DNA from: Callorhinchus milii
Lineage: Eukaryota
Assembly: GCF_018977255.1 (NCBI RefSeq)
Contig: NW_024704743.1
Span: 85,748,001-85,812,000, forward strand
DNA length: 64,000 nt
Direction of reading: 5' to 3'
Shown: positions 26,225 through 39,731 of the stretch, piece after piece
Layout of the letters: each line of letters begins with the position of its first letter
How positions within the stretch are numbered: the stretch's first letter is position 1
Made by a program: the position numbers and the translations under genes
Notes under the pieces: model-generated
What the model saw: the letters and a program-made list of their open reading frames with translations, nothing else
Database searches by the model: none
What the model was told of the DNA's origin: nothing

Positions 26225-28109
26225 CTTCTGTGTTTGCAGCACTTTGAGACTCTATCCTTCATGAAGAACACTATATAAATGCAAGTTGTTGTTTGGCTTA
26301 AAGACAATTCGAACCCCTGAATTAAATCTTGCTAAACTGAAAGTTTGTTTAGAAATAATCTCAGGGAGCCATGGGGTATGAGACTATAAACTCATTTATT
26401 GACTCATATCCCACTCACACATTTATTCAGTGTGAGTGGGAGCCAGGTCGTTATGTAATTCTATTTGTTTACTATTGTCTTCACTAAGTTTCTTTTGGAA
26501 CAGCAGGGGATAGTGAAGAATCACTTCAGATTGCTTGTGATTGGCTTTAATATTAACACGATTCTGTAGCACGATGTTACATTTCTATTAAGAAAAAGTG
26601 TTCTGGAATACAAACTTAGTTTATATTTGAATAGTTTGATTCCCTGTTTATTTTTTCCTGTTTCGTCTCCCTTCCCTTGTTATTTTTTCTGCCAGTTTGA
26701 TAACTCTCTCCTTGTCTTGATATGTTGGTGAGCATATTTGGAACTTTATTCTTTTGAATACCAGAAGACACCACTGTTATAGAATTGAAAATCATTGATT
26801 TGATAGAAGTGCCCTTTAAATTTGTTTCTCAATTTACGACTCAATGCCTTTCCCACCTCCCAGCTTTTGAAGAAAGGTTTTGTCCACAGGTTCTTAGGAT
26901 TTATGGTTGTCGCCATGGTTTGGTTTTACTGCGAGTGTGGACTGAAGCCTGAAATTATTCCTGGCATGTCAATACTGCTTCACTTGATACTGTTTTCAAA
27001 TGAATCCAGTATGTAGTGAATCACAAAAATGGGTTGAATCACATTGAATAGCATTATATCTGGAGGATTGATGCCCAGGACATCAAGGGAACCAGCTTAC
27101 TCTTTCAAGTTGGGTCTTGGGATGTTTAACATCCCTATGATCAGGCAGACTTTAATTTCTCAACTTTAACATTGAGGTTAAACTTTAAGTTTCCCATCCT
27201 AAAGATGAAATCTCGGGCATATTGAGCTGATTTAAGATTTTGCTCGGATTTATCAGTTTTCTGAACGAATGTTCATTGTTGTCAGTTGGTTTACTATAAA
27301 TTCATTCTGATCCAGTGCAGAGCAGCTGTGAGGAGCCAGGATATGTGATCAAACAATATAACGTTCATGAAATTCTTGTTCTGAGTTATTTTAGTTCCTT
27401 TGATAATATTACACTTACAATATATTTTACTTAAAGCATATGTGCTGCCATTCCGCTACATAGAAAAATAAATACAATTATTTAAACCATTGCTAAATTG
27501 AGGGGATCTTGCAATCTGCATCAGCTACAGAAATGAAAATTAGGAGATGACACCCATAGAAGCTATGAAGTACACAGTATTACTACAAGGGCTTTAACCA
27601 TTGAACAAGCCCCAATGTACTGATGGCTTGTGGATCTTGTTCTGCTGGGCTCAATCATAAATGAACTTTGATGATCACAAGATCATAAGATCACAAGATC
27701 GGTTTGGATGATAAAGGCCTTCAGCCCATCTGATCTCACTGACAGCTTATCCACAACAAATTGCGTTTCATGTGATAATAATACACGTCATCCCTTGCTT
27801 TTTGATGAATTTTATTGCAAATACTGCAGTATCAACATGAAGCCAAGGTCAGCCTGGCAAGGCAAGAGGCTCAGTAAAACTCCTTCTCTTTTCTCCGGAA
27901 CAGCATGCTTTAGGTACAATCTGAGAAAGCACTGCCTGTTGCAGCAGTGTGACATTTTTTATTTACTATGCTATCCATCATTTCTCTGAGTGTGAGTGGC
28001 CAATTTAATCCCAATTGGTGCTAAATTAAATAACCAATTGCGCTAACCTATTACCTTTTTGCTTACTTAAATGTCTGTGTTGCTGAATAATCTAAAATTC
28101 TACTTACTT

Positions 28110-29395
28110 AAAGAAACATTTCAGTACAGAAGAAGTCAATTTGGTCCATCTTACCTGCACTAACTGTGTAAATATTTTCTGTTTAGTCCCGCAACCTTGC
28201 TTTTTCATTTTTATTTTTTCCTTTCCAAATAATTACCTTTTAAAAGCTAGTATGGTTTCTCCCAAACTCCCCACTTTGCTTTGGAAATAATATAAAATGT
28301 ATGTTCATTCATCACTGATACAACTTAGTGAGCATAGTTTTTATCTATTATCTTATCAAAATCCTCTCATAATTGTGAACACTTCTATCAGACCTTCTCT
28401 CAGACCTCTATTCTGGGGAAAATAATCCCAGCTTTTCCAATCTCTCATAATAAGTAAGATCTCCCAATTCTAGCATAGTCCTGGTGTATTTCGACTGTAC
28501 CTTCTCTATTGCCTTGACATCCTTCCAAACATCAGATGCGCAGAACTGGAGTCAATGCTCTAACTCTAATGTCTCATAAATGCTTCAGAATGTTTAGTGT
28601 TATTATGATATTCATATGATTTTTTAAAAATTACATTGACCTCTGAAACATGCTCCATGACAATTATATGTTGTTATCAAAGTCAAAGAAATTATTTCCA
28701 CTGGTTGGGACTAGGTAACTAGAGGGAATTCATTTAAGATAATTAGAAAAAGAACTGATCAGGAGGAATTATTTTACACAGAGGGTTGTTAGGATGTAAA
28801 GTGCCCTGGTGGTCAGGGAAGAAATTATATTAGTTGTCAAGAGGGAGCTAGATTGATATTTAAATAGGAGTAATTTATAGGGGTTTATAGGAAAAAGCGA
28901 GGCAATTGGGATCGAATGGATTGCTGTTTCAGAGATAGACAGAGCTGGCGAAGACACGATGGGCTGAATAACATTCTTCTGTGCTATAAAGTTCTATGGT
29001 TCAATGTGGATGCACTGAGTAGCTCAGTGTGTGAAACTGTTGATCAGAGGTGCTGGATTTAAATCCCAATGATTCCATTTACCTTCAAGTTGGCTTTTCC
29101 CATTGTTGGGAAAGTCAGTAAAGAAAGGACATACATTCAAAATAATCACAAAAAGAATTAAAGGGTTGTTTAGATTCATACAGAGAATGGTTGGAATGTG
29201 AAATCCTCTGCCACAAACTCTGGTTGAAGACAGTCCATAATTTATTTTAAAAAGTTATTTGATGGAAGAGGAAGAATGTTAAAAGGAGTGACCTGGAGAT
29301 TCAGATTATGATTAGGTGGTTCATATGGAGGAATAGAACAGCACAAACTTAATGAGCCAAATGGCTTGGATCTGTGCTGTAACATTCCATGATCT
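28110..29395. mobile_element. Cluster of CR1 3' fragments (about 28110-28580 minus; 28670-29000 and 29105-29395 plus)
   Basis: ttttacacagagggttgttagg, gatgggctgaat..ttcttctgtgct tails; cttctctattgccttgacatccttcc. Confidence 0.75.
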
Positions 29396-30910
29396 TAGGT
29401 TAGATAAGGCAAATGAAACCTCATCACTATAATTCACAGACTGATGGACCACAAGTAAATCAAATCAAAACTAATAGTTTATGACCTGTAGTTGTGTTAT
29501 GATGATCAATTGTTTGCACTTAGGTTAGTTCTACAATATCTAATTTCTCTCAAACGTAACAGATAAAGTGCAACTTCAATTCTGCAATGAGTTATTTTTG
29601 ATCTTGCTTATTTGAAGCCAAGTAGTTCATGATGCAATTCTAGTATCGCAGCAGCCTAACAGACTTTCTGAGGGCTATTTTGATTGACAACGTTTCTACA
29701 ACCCCAACACAAATTCTAAGGGTTTCTATGTTTGAGGGCTGAAGACTTGTGTAAGATTCTAGCACTCAGTGTATATGACTACTCAGTTTATCAGACACCC
29801 TGTATTGTCAGCACAAATTCACCCATGCAGAGCAAGAAAAATGTATATAGTCTCTGTTGTACCTTTTGGAAAGATTTTACTCAGCATAATACGCAATGAA
29901 GTGTTTTAAGAATTATTCTTCTATCATTATTCTAAAGATTTTCATTATGCATTCTGACAAGTGAAGCAATTGTAAGGTTTAATCGCTCACAGCTCTAAAG
30001 CGCACAATTAGATCCATTTGTTTACTAAATCTCACTGTTAGGTATCAGGCACGAATTGAAATAATAATTCTCAGATTCCAATTCTATAAGCATTTATTTA
30101 TCAGAAACTGGAATGCAATGGTACAGTGATTCTTGTCACATTATCCCACAAACCTCCAGCTCCTGCATCACAATTACCCTTATCACCTTATCTTTCAAGT
30201 CATATGCTATTTCTATCAGACAAACATGCTCACATCATTTGCCACATAATGTGGAGGTGGGGGAAACATTTTTTAAAATTAATAACGCTCTCCATTAAGT
30301 GCAACAACATAGCTGAAACATAGCTATTTCAAGCTGCAAATCAATCTGGGTATTTAGTTATTTTGACAGTAATTAACTGTGAATAACTTTGAGATGTTTT
30401 AACATGAGAAAATCGATATAAAAATGCAATTTCTTTCATTTCTTCTCTCTCTCTAACCTGAACTATCACTCTACAAGAGAAGGGCGGAATATTGCAAAAA
30501 GTATCTTTGCCTGTTGTTAATAGCCTCTACTAGAACCATTAATCTGAGTTTATGGTCAGGTCAGATAAATATTCCAAATCTCCCCAAATTACAGGGCTCA
30601 GTGCAAATGAGAACTGAATGTTCAAGTTCCACAAAATTTGTGCAAAAACACCTTTACAAATTTTGAGGACTCATTGGATTCTGGAGAAAATATTTGGAGA
30701 TATTCTTCTTACTAGCATATTCTTTGCTCTGCCACTGTTAAGCGCTCCGAGATGCTATCCTGCGTGGAGGGTGCTATATAAGTGCAAGTTGCTGGTGTTG
30801 TACTAATATATTGTATTGGACTGCAACTGTGAATTATAGTATCATGTTACATCAGATATGTAATATATATGTAAGATGGCAGATATATAGGTTCCATAGA
30901 AAAAAATACC

Positions 30911-31215
30911 ATAATAATAATCCTTGCATTTGAGATCGCACTTTTCACGTCTTCTAGACGTCTCAAAGCGCTTCACAGAATATACTGTAAAGTGAATTGA
31001 CTGTATATTTGTGGGCGAAATGTGCCAGCCAATTGCGCACAGCAGTGTCCCACAAACAGCCGTAGATTGAAGTGACCAATTTCTTTTTTTTGAGGGTTTA
31101 TTATCAGGCGTATGGAGTAAGGAAACTTGCCCAAGGTTTTGTCCTGCCGGGAATCAAACAAAGGTCTTTCGCTTGCGAGCCAAGTGCTCTAACCACTGAG
31201 CTACAGGACTCCACA
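30911..31215 (-). mobile_element. Short young tRNA-headed SINE, full length
   Basis: Head tgtggagtcctgtagctcagtggttagagcact with B-box-like tttgattccc; Deu 3' part; L2 tail; homologous to 63437-63757. Confidence 0.9.
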
Positions 31216-32630
31216 ACAGGCTTGCTCAGTTGAGGTAGAAAATAAAGGTCTTGAAGACTTTAGGAAGAGCTATGATCAGATAGAGGAGGTAATTCATCAC
31301 ATGTCAAACTGGGATACTCCTTCATTCTCATAACAGAACACCAGTTTTGAGAGGCTTCTGATTGCTCAAATAAGATTGCCAAACCCGCACATGTAATATT
31401 CCCAGTGGTGTGCCCTGCTTGGTGGTTTCCAACAAGTTCAGTGCTAGACTTTGTGTTATGAACATCTCCCACATCATTCACACCTAGTTCTCCCATTTTC
31501 TTCAAAAGGGAATTTTCATATTATCCTGGGGACCGTAAGTGGTGCAGCTGTATTGATACTACTCGTTGATAGTCTATAAAAAATGGGACAAAATTATCGT
31601 TCAGATCCACAACAATTAACATATAAAAATTTGGGGGCTCCAAGTGGTGTCTCACTGATGTTTCCGATTGATAAGGCAGGGGGACATTAAATAGATACCT
31701 GTCAGAGGTGTTGAATTATTTCCATTTAATTGGACGATCGGCATCCAGTNAAAAAAAGCCACTCTATTGAAAACACATCCACTTTATGCCTGCTATTCCG
31801 AGCATCTAATGTCATGGACCATCTGTTCAGACTAGTCCATTGGGTTTAGGGCAGCTGGAAATAGTACTAGAAGCAAGACTGATCTTGAAGTTTCTCCAGG
31901 CACTTCTTAATCCTACATGACTGCAGAGCAAACCCACAATGGTGAAGCGCTGAAGAAAGCTATGCCTGGTAGTCTGTGCTGCCTCCAAGAAACAACAGCT
32001 GGTGTATACTGGGATGACCCATCTGATGCAAATAAGATCCCCTTTGTGAGCAATTTATGAGATACTTGTAGCACAGCCAACAGATAAGTTTTGAGAATCC
32101 TGTCGCTATAAATGTGAGTTGATGACTGAGCCAAATTGAGAAAAGAAAATATGTGATATGATGGACTTGATCCCACATGCAGATACAAAGGAATGTGACT
32201 GATATAGCTGCGTGAAGAAACGTGTGCTTTGAATGTCTGAAAGATGAGGACTGGACTTCACCATCGATTGTACATGATCTGTGGAAGGAATAAGATTAAA
32301 AGGGCAAATGGCTTTCTCATTCCATGCCTTCTGTTTTCATTTGAGAAGAATGTCCTGATATGGAAGGCTCATCAGTCCAGAGAACAGTGATCTCACCGAC
32401 AAAATCATTTAAACCAGTCATATCACTGCCCTAGAATACTGCAGATGCAAAATCATTGAAATGAGATTTTGAAAAGGAAGAATAGACACTTGGGAAGTAA
32501 GGACATAAGGGGTATGGATAAAAGAAATAAAAGCTTTACTATGATTTAATAAACTTGCTCAATATACTGAACACCTCCTCATACTCCTAGGTTCCTAATA
32601 TACTATTCATGGAGGCAGGAGTCAATTGGT

Positions 32631-33010
32631 GTCAGCCTGGCTCAGTTGGTGGCATGCTCACTCTTGAGTCAAAGGGTGGTGGTTCAAGCTCCACATTGTA
32701 TTTAGTCACTCCAATATAATGCTGGAGAGTGCTGCATTGTTGGAGGTGCTGTCCTTAAAATGAGATGTTAAATCAAGGTCCGAACTGCTTGTTTTGATGG
32801 ACATTAAACATCCCAAGGCACAACTGGGAGAAGGAAATTTCTCCCAGTGCCTATTCAATAACCCCCCATATAAAATAGCATGACTGTTTGTAGGACATTG
32901 CGGTGTGCAAATCGACTGCCATGTTTTACCAACAAAATATACAGTCACTGCATGTTATAGTATATCCTGTGAAATGCTTTGAGATGTTCTCCCAAGTGCA
33001 AAGATTATTA
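32631..33010 (+). mobile_element. Deu-domain SINE
   Basis: gtcagcctggctcagttggt head; gctgcattgttggaggtgctgtcctt core. Confidence 0.82.
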
Positions 33011-33459
33011 GTATTGCCGTTTGTTCCTGATTTTGTCCATTGGAATAAGAAGGGAACAAACACATTGATTAAATTAGTCTTTTCCCACTAAAGTAAGTTT
33101 TTCCACCTTTTTAGATACTATCTTTATTGGCCAATATTCAGGGCCTTATTTATAATAATAATAATAATAGTAATAATAATTTTGTGGGCAAAACGCAGTA
33201 GCCAAATGCGCCCAGCAGTGTCTCACAAACAGTCGTGGATTGAGTGACCAATTTATTATTTACTTCTACCCTCATAATATCTATGTACTAAAGAACAACT
33301 TATCACATCTTCTAACACCTTACCATTTCAAAACATCTCAAAATACTTTACAGTAATTACTGTCAATATAGCAAAATTGTTTTTGTAGGCAAACACAGCA
33401 GTCATTTTGCTTACAGGTCACATGAACAGCTAGACATGAAAAATTTCTATAGAGTAATA

Positions 33460-33790
33460 GTAATTCATCACTGAAGGAAATCATTTGACCCACAAAGTTA
33501 ATCTAATACTGGAATCATTCCTTCGCTGGAGCTGCATACTCTAATGCCAATTCCCTGCTGTTTGCCATTTTCTTTTGTATCGTTTTTCTTTAAATATTCA
33601 TCCAATTCCCTTCTGAATGTTGTGATGGTCTTATCTTCAATTGTGACAAAGCATTCAATGTTCTGATATCTCTCTGGTTGAAAGAAATCTTTTAACCTCC
33701 CTCTTAAATCACGTTGCAATCCTGAGTTTATACCCGTTCCTACCAATTCATCAACCGGTGGAAATAATCTTTCACTTTCATTGCCATCAG
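33460..33790 (-). mobile_element. CR1 3' fragment
   Basis: TITTFRRELDEYLK remnant. Confidence 0.7.
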
Positions 33791-34294
33791 TGTGGGTTTG
33801 ATAATGAAGCCAGGTCCCAGAGGTGAAAGAGTAGTATTTTAATTTATTGCATTAGCGCTATCGCCTTTGAGATCCCTTTCATATTCTAACACTGAAATGA
33901 TTTTAATTATAATCCTTGAAATGAATATAGCGGCTACAGCATCAATGTTTCTCAAAATGCTTCTCAGATATTTGCTGTCAAGTATAATGACTGCATATAT
34001 ATTACCAATTGCATCAACCAATTTGCACAAAGATTCTACAAACAGACATGAAGTAAATGATCAATTTAACTGGTGGAATGTTGGCCAGAACAAACTGTCT
34101 TCTCTTCACAACTAATGGCTCAGAATCTTGATCATTCACCTGAACAGGCAGCCAGATCTTCGATTGAATATCTAATCTGAATACAACTCTAATAATGCAG
34201 TTCTCTTAAGAGGCTAATTTTAACTCTAAAATAATCCTATTGATCATTGCATTTGATATAGTGCCTTTCACATCAGGCAGATTCTCAAAGCACT

Positions 34295-34945
34295 CATAAG
34301 AACATAAGAAATGTTAGACGTAAAACAACCAAGGTCCATCTGGTTCGCCTTTCACCTTCCTGGCGGTTACATGCACATATGTCCCAAACTACCTATGTAT
34401 TATATCCCATAATGTTATTTCCTAAAAGAAAACTATCTAATCTGTGTTTAAAAGAATTAACACTTCCTGCTTCAACCGTACCCCTAGGGAGCCTGTTTCA
34501 CAGGTTCAGTACTCGCTCAGTGAAATAGTGTTTGCGTAGATTTGTTCTGAATTTACCCCCCTTCAATCATAGGCCTCTGGTTCTACTATTCTGGACAAAT
34601 TGAAATAGCCTGTCATGATCTATATTACTTAGTCCCTTGAGATTCTTAAAGACAGCCTCTCAATCATGTCGCCTCTCAATCTTCTCTTTTCCAACGTGAA
34701 CATGCTCAATTTGCTTAGTCGCTCCTCATAGTCCAGTCCTTCCATTCCCTCAATCATTTTGGTTGCCCTCTGTATTTTCTCAATTTCTCCAATATCCTTT
34801 TTGTGCTATGCTGACCAGAACTGTACACAGTGCTCTAAGTACGGTCTCACCACTGATTTATACAGTGGCAGGATTACCCCACTATTTTGGTTTGCTGTTG
34901 ATCTTTTGATACATCCCAAAATCTGGTTTGCTTTACTCACTGACA
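34295..34945 (-). mobile_element. CR1 3' fragment with 8-bp terminal repeat
   Basis: cataagaacataagaa tail; gaccagaactgtacacagtgctctaagtacggtctcacc. Confidence 0.88.
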
Positions 34946-35485
34946 CAGATTCACTCCACAAGATTCACAGTAAAGTATAGTCACTGTGTATTCTTGTACC
35001 CAAATGTGACAGACAATTTGTGCACAACAATGCCTCACAAACAGCAAAGCGAATGACCAATTTTGTTATTATTATAATAATAATAATCCCTTAATAATAA
35101 TAATCCCTTAATAATAATAATCCCTTAATAATAATAATCCCTTAATAATAATCCCTTAATAATAATCCCTTAATAATAATCCCTTAATAATAATCCCTTA
35201 ATAATAATAATCCCTTAATAATAATAATCCCTTAATAATAATCCCTTAATAATAATCCCTTAATAATAATCCCTTAATAATAATAATCCCTTAATAATAA
35301 TAATCCCTTAATAATAATACTCCTTTAGTAATGTAAAGGACAAAGGATAGCACCTCTGACAATGCAGCTATCCTCCAGCACTGCATTGGAGTGCATCTTT
35401 GACTCTGAGACCAAAGTACAGACATGGGGCATGAAGCCACCTTCTGACTGAGAGGCGAGAGTGCTGCCAATTAAGCCAGGCTGAA
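34945..35485 (-). mobile_element. Deu-SINE whose middle is occupied by a minisatellite
   Basis: Tail part about 34945-35065; head part about 35340-35485 (gagtgctgccaattaagccaggctga). Confidence 0.7.
35075..35318. repeat. Minisatellite [(AAT)3-4 CCCTT], about 15 units
   Basis: Perfect 14-bp and 17-bp units. Confidence 0.97.
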
Positions 35486-37079
35486 TGAGACAAATCCAAA
35501 TGCAACGATTCTGACTGTGGCAAAGCTTACTTTATTATTTTTAAACGATCAGCCTTAGAGTTGACATTTTTCCAATTACAGTAACCGTCCGTCTCCAGGA
35601 ATCCGAAATCCGAACCTAGCCGGGCGGGGCCCAAAATTAACATTTTTTTCGAAAAGTCTGTGGGACCAAAATTTCTGTGGGCCCAAAGTTTCCACGGATC
35701 CCAAATTTACGTGGCCCCATGTATAGACTCTCCCCAAATCTTCTAGCATGCACCAACGCTGTGCTGAGCAGCCTACCTGATGCGAACAGCTTCCCTCTTC
35801 ACCATCCTTGCTAGCCTTTGCAGTGTCTGCGTGTAGGCCTGCTTTGAGGATTGACTCCTTTTTTGTGTTTGTGTTACCCTCCAACATTAACCATCAGGTT
35901 GTTTATTTTGTAAGGCTGGAATCTCCCGAGCAGAAGATAGCTAAGTTTAACATACAATACTTTGCACATNAAAAAACAGTGCCAAAAAATGCCAGTAAAT
36001 GCTTACTGGTAGTAATTATACTCACCGGACCAGATCTCCCCCACACCCCCTCCCCACCAACCCACCTCATTAGTCTGGTTAGCCAGGGTTTTAGTGTATA
36101 TAGAGTTTGGTGTCTTTTCTGTAGCAGTAGAGCTATAAGCATGGAATACATTATACAGTGTTAGAGCTATGGTACTGCTGTATACTACTGAAGATCGACC
36201 ATATTCATTGTTCACCAGTAGCATCTATTTCTATTTTATTTTACATGCCGTAATTCATTTGTTTCAACATCTCAATTCATTAGAATAGCTTCTGTGAGGT
36301 TTTTATAGTGAGCCCTTCAAGACATCACAAAACAAGGTTTTAAATAATGTTGATAACATTTAAAACTGCGTTATAGCTTTACATTTCCAGCTGTGAAATT
36401 AAACATGAAAAACAATGATGGGAAGAACAAAAACAAACCAGATAAATAAGACAAAATAATGGAGAGCAGTAAAATGGCTTGCTTTGTCCAATTTATGGGA
36501 GAGACCTTTACTTTGTCACTCATGATTAAGCTCTTGCTTGGTTGTGCCACACATTTAGCATTCCAGTGTTTCACACTGTCCTGCTCCAACATCTTCTGTG
36601 TCTGATAGCTGTAATTCTCCAGCCCAAAGACATGGCAATTACTGAAATGAAGCAGAGTATTAACTAATTATCACTTAATGGTTCACTAATAATCAGTGCT
36701 CGAACTGCCCACAGGATAAATTACTATTCATATGTCAAACAACCACAAAGACATTTTAGCTGAGTTTCCTAATAAGATATTATACTTATAGTCTGCATAT
36801 CAGAACTTTGTCAATGTAACAATTTGAAAAATAAGCTTAGCCACTACTTTTACACAAAAGAAAAATGGAAGGTCAAGGTCTGGCAGACTTTTAAAAGACC
36901 ATTGTTTCACTGGCTCTATGAAATTCCATTTGCACTAAGGTGAGAAATAGACTCGGGTGGTTTCAGATATTTTACTGCAAACAACACACAATATTACTGT
37001 TGATGTTTATCTCTTCCTCCACAAATTAAATAGCACTTTGAAGTTCATAACCTTGAAAATCAATGAGCAAAGGGTTACA

Positions 37080-37385
37080 TTGACGGAGGTGCCGTCCTTC
37101 AGATGAACTATTAAATCAAGGTTCCATCTGCTTGTTCAGGTGGACGTATAAGCATCCCATCGCACTATTTGAAAAGAGAAGGGAATTTATCCTGGTGTCC
37201 CAGCCAACAAGCCCCAAATAAAATTGATCATTCACTCCGTGACTATTTGTGGAATACTGTTGTGCTCAGTTGTGCTGCCACATTTGCCTATAAAATACAC
37301 AGGCACTCCATTTCACTTCCGTGAAGTGCTTTGAAATGTCCTTCCGATGTGGCAAGGCACTATACCAAATGCAAAGATTATAATA
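37080..37385 (+). mobile_element. Deu-SINE core and tail
   Basis: ggaggtgccgtccttcagatga...gttcaggtggacgta. Confidence 0.85.
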
Positions 37386-38169
37386 TTTATTATTACCAAC
37401 TTTGAAAGGTTTGTTAAGATTCCAAGAAGAAGCATAGTTTGTAGGTTACAAAGCAGGCTCTGGAACTGCTTAGCTTTGTGTGAGAGATGAAGGTGACAAT
37501 ACAGAGCAGCAGGTCTACAGAGAGCGCAAGCAAGAAAGAGAGAAAGAGAGAGACCACAGAGAAAACAGACTATGAAAGACTTAAGAAATGAAATACAACT
37601 TAGTGAAATGAACATTAAAACTGTTGACAAATTTGTATGTTTATTTTTCTGTTGCATTTATTTTATTTCATTTGCTCAGACATTTACATCATGTGCTGGA
37701 TGTACAATATCATCGAAGTAGATTATTAATTAAATTACAATTGGAAAATGAATGCTAATATTTCACCTCATTTACACTGCTATCCAATACATTAGATATA
37801 GCGCCTTATCACGTCCTTGAGAGGTCTCAAAGCGCTTCACAGAATATACTGTAAAGTGAATTGACACTATATTTTGTGGGTGAAACGCAGAAGCCAATTG
37901 CGCACAGCAGTGAACCACAAACAGTTGTGGATTGAGTGACCAAATTATTATGCTTGTAATATTTATATAGCGCCTTTCACATCAGGAGGACATCTCAAAG
38001 TGCTTGACATTGTTGGCTGGGTACCCGAGCTGAGAAAGAAACTTGTTTGATGAATTGATCCAGGCCAGTCTGTGTCTATTGATTCTACCTATGAGAAAGC
38101 AACATACTGCGATAGGCCCAGGAGAGCCAAAACTCAGTGCAGCTGAAAGTTGTAGCTGCTTTGGTAGTT

Positions 38170-38640
38170 GACAGCCTGGCTCAGATGGTCGCACCACTTG
38201 CCTCAGAGTCACCAAGGTTGTGGGTTCAAGCCTCACGTCGGGGCTTTGATCTGTCACAGTCCAGGCTGATGTTCTAATGCATTACTGGGGGATGTTACAC
38301 TGTCAGAGGGGTCGTCCTTCTATGAAATATTAAACCAAGGTTCTATTGTCTGTTTAGGTGAATGTTAAAGACTCAATGGCATTGTTTGAGAAGAGGAGGG
38401 AGTTTCTCCTGCTATACTGGCCAATATTCCCCTAAATAAAATTGATCATTCACTTCATGGCTATTCTTGAGACATTGCTATGTGCATATTGATTACAATT
38501 TTGTTTACAAAATATGGTCACTGTACTTTACAGTGAATCCTGTGAACCTCTTTGAGATGTCCTCCTGACGTGATAGGCACTATACCAAATATAAGGATTA
38601 TTATTTTTACTTTTATTATTATTATTATTATTATTATTAT
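38170..38640 (+). mobile_element. Deu-domain SINE, near full length, (TTA)n tail
   Basis: gcctggctcagatggt A box, gggttcaagcc B box, Deu core, tail. Confidence 0.87.
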
Positions 38641-39366
38641 AAGTAAATAGGCTGTGGAGGGCACTTGACAAAGGTGAAGCCTGACAAAGATGTAAAATTG
38701 TGAGAATCAGTTTCACTGCTCTAACCAACCTTATGGGTTACATTAATGCTTAATTTTTTTTTGGAAAGGGGAGGCCGGGGGGACATATGTTACACTTCAA
38801 TTAAAAAAAGTTTAATTGAACATGGCACCAAGAATTCCCTCTTTAATTTAAAAACCCTAAAGATGAAATGTAGACGGATGTAGAAATTTTGACTATCTAA
38901 TTAAATGTTGCAGCTGTGGATTGAAACAGCAAAGATATTAATTTCCTAATGGTGTTATGTGAGCAATATTTACATTCTTTTTAAAAACTGTTTTTGAAAT
39001 GTTCACACTGTTTGGCCTGCTGAGTGATGGGTAACATAACACATCCAGTTCTCTATTACTTCTCCTTTGAAAAGTTCTAGCCAATCCATGGTGCCTCCTA
39101 TTTTCGCTTCGAAAACATATTACCTTGCATTGAACTTCATTTATCATTGATTGATCCAGGTGTATACTCCATCATCCTCTCTTTGTAAGCTCTTGACTGC
39201 CACCAGTTGTATTAACGTTGGCAATATTACCACAATATTCCGAATAAGATTCACAAATTGGAAGTCATGATTACATCCAATTATTTGCTTTTTAATCTGC
39301 TGAGAAAAAGTCAACATAAGACAGAAAGCTGCTGAGGTGAAATCAACAGGGATGTTTAAAAGAAAG

Positions 39367-39731
39367 ATAATAATAATAATAAAATAATAATCATATTACT
39401 TGCATTTGATATAGTACCTTATCACGTCTTCTAGACGTCTCGAAGCCCTTCACAGACTATATTGTAAAGTGAATTGACTATATTTTGTGGGTGAAACGCA
39501 GAAGCTAATTGCGCAACGAGTGTCCCACAAACAATCGTGGATTGAGTGACCAAATTATCCTTATTTATTTATTTTTTGAAGGTATTAGTATGCCAGGAAA
39601 AGCAATCCGCCGATCGACTAACAACTGTATTCCTGCTTGAGGAGTAAATAAACTTGCCAAATGTTTCGCCCTGCCGGGAATCAAATCCAGGGTGTCTCGC
39701 TTGCGAGGTGAGTGCTCTAACCACTAAGCTA
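39367..39731 (-). mobile_element. Short young SINE lacking the first ~10 bases of its head
   Basis: Homologous to 30911-31215 and 55170-55549; stops at ccactaagcta. Confidence 0.9.

Noticed and set aside
30565..30720. Weak palindrome as a third MITE copy
   Set aside because: Pairing and similarity to 17362-17607 are too weak to support by eye.
35075..35318. CRISPR array or telomeric repeat
   Set aside because: No unique spacers, eukaryotic context, and the unit is not TTAGGG.
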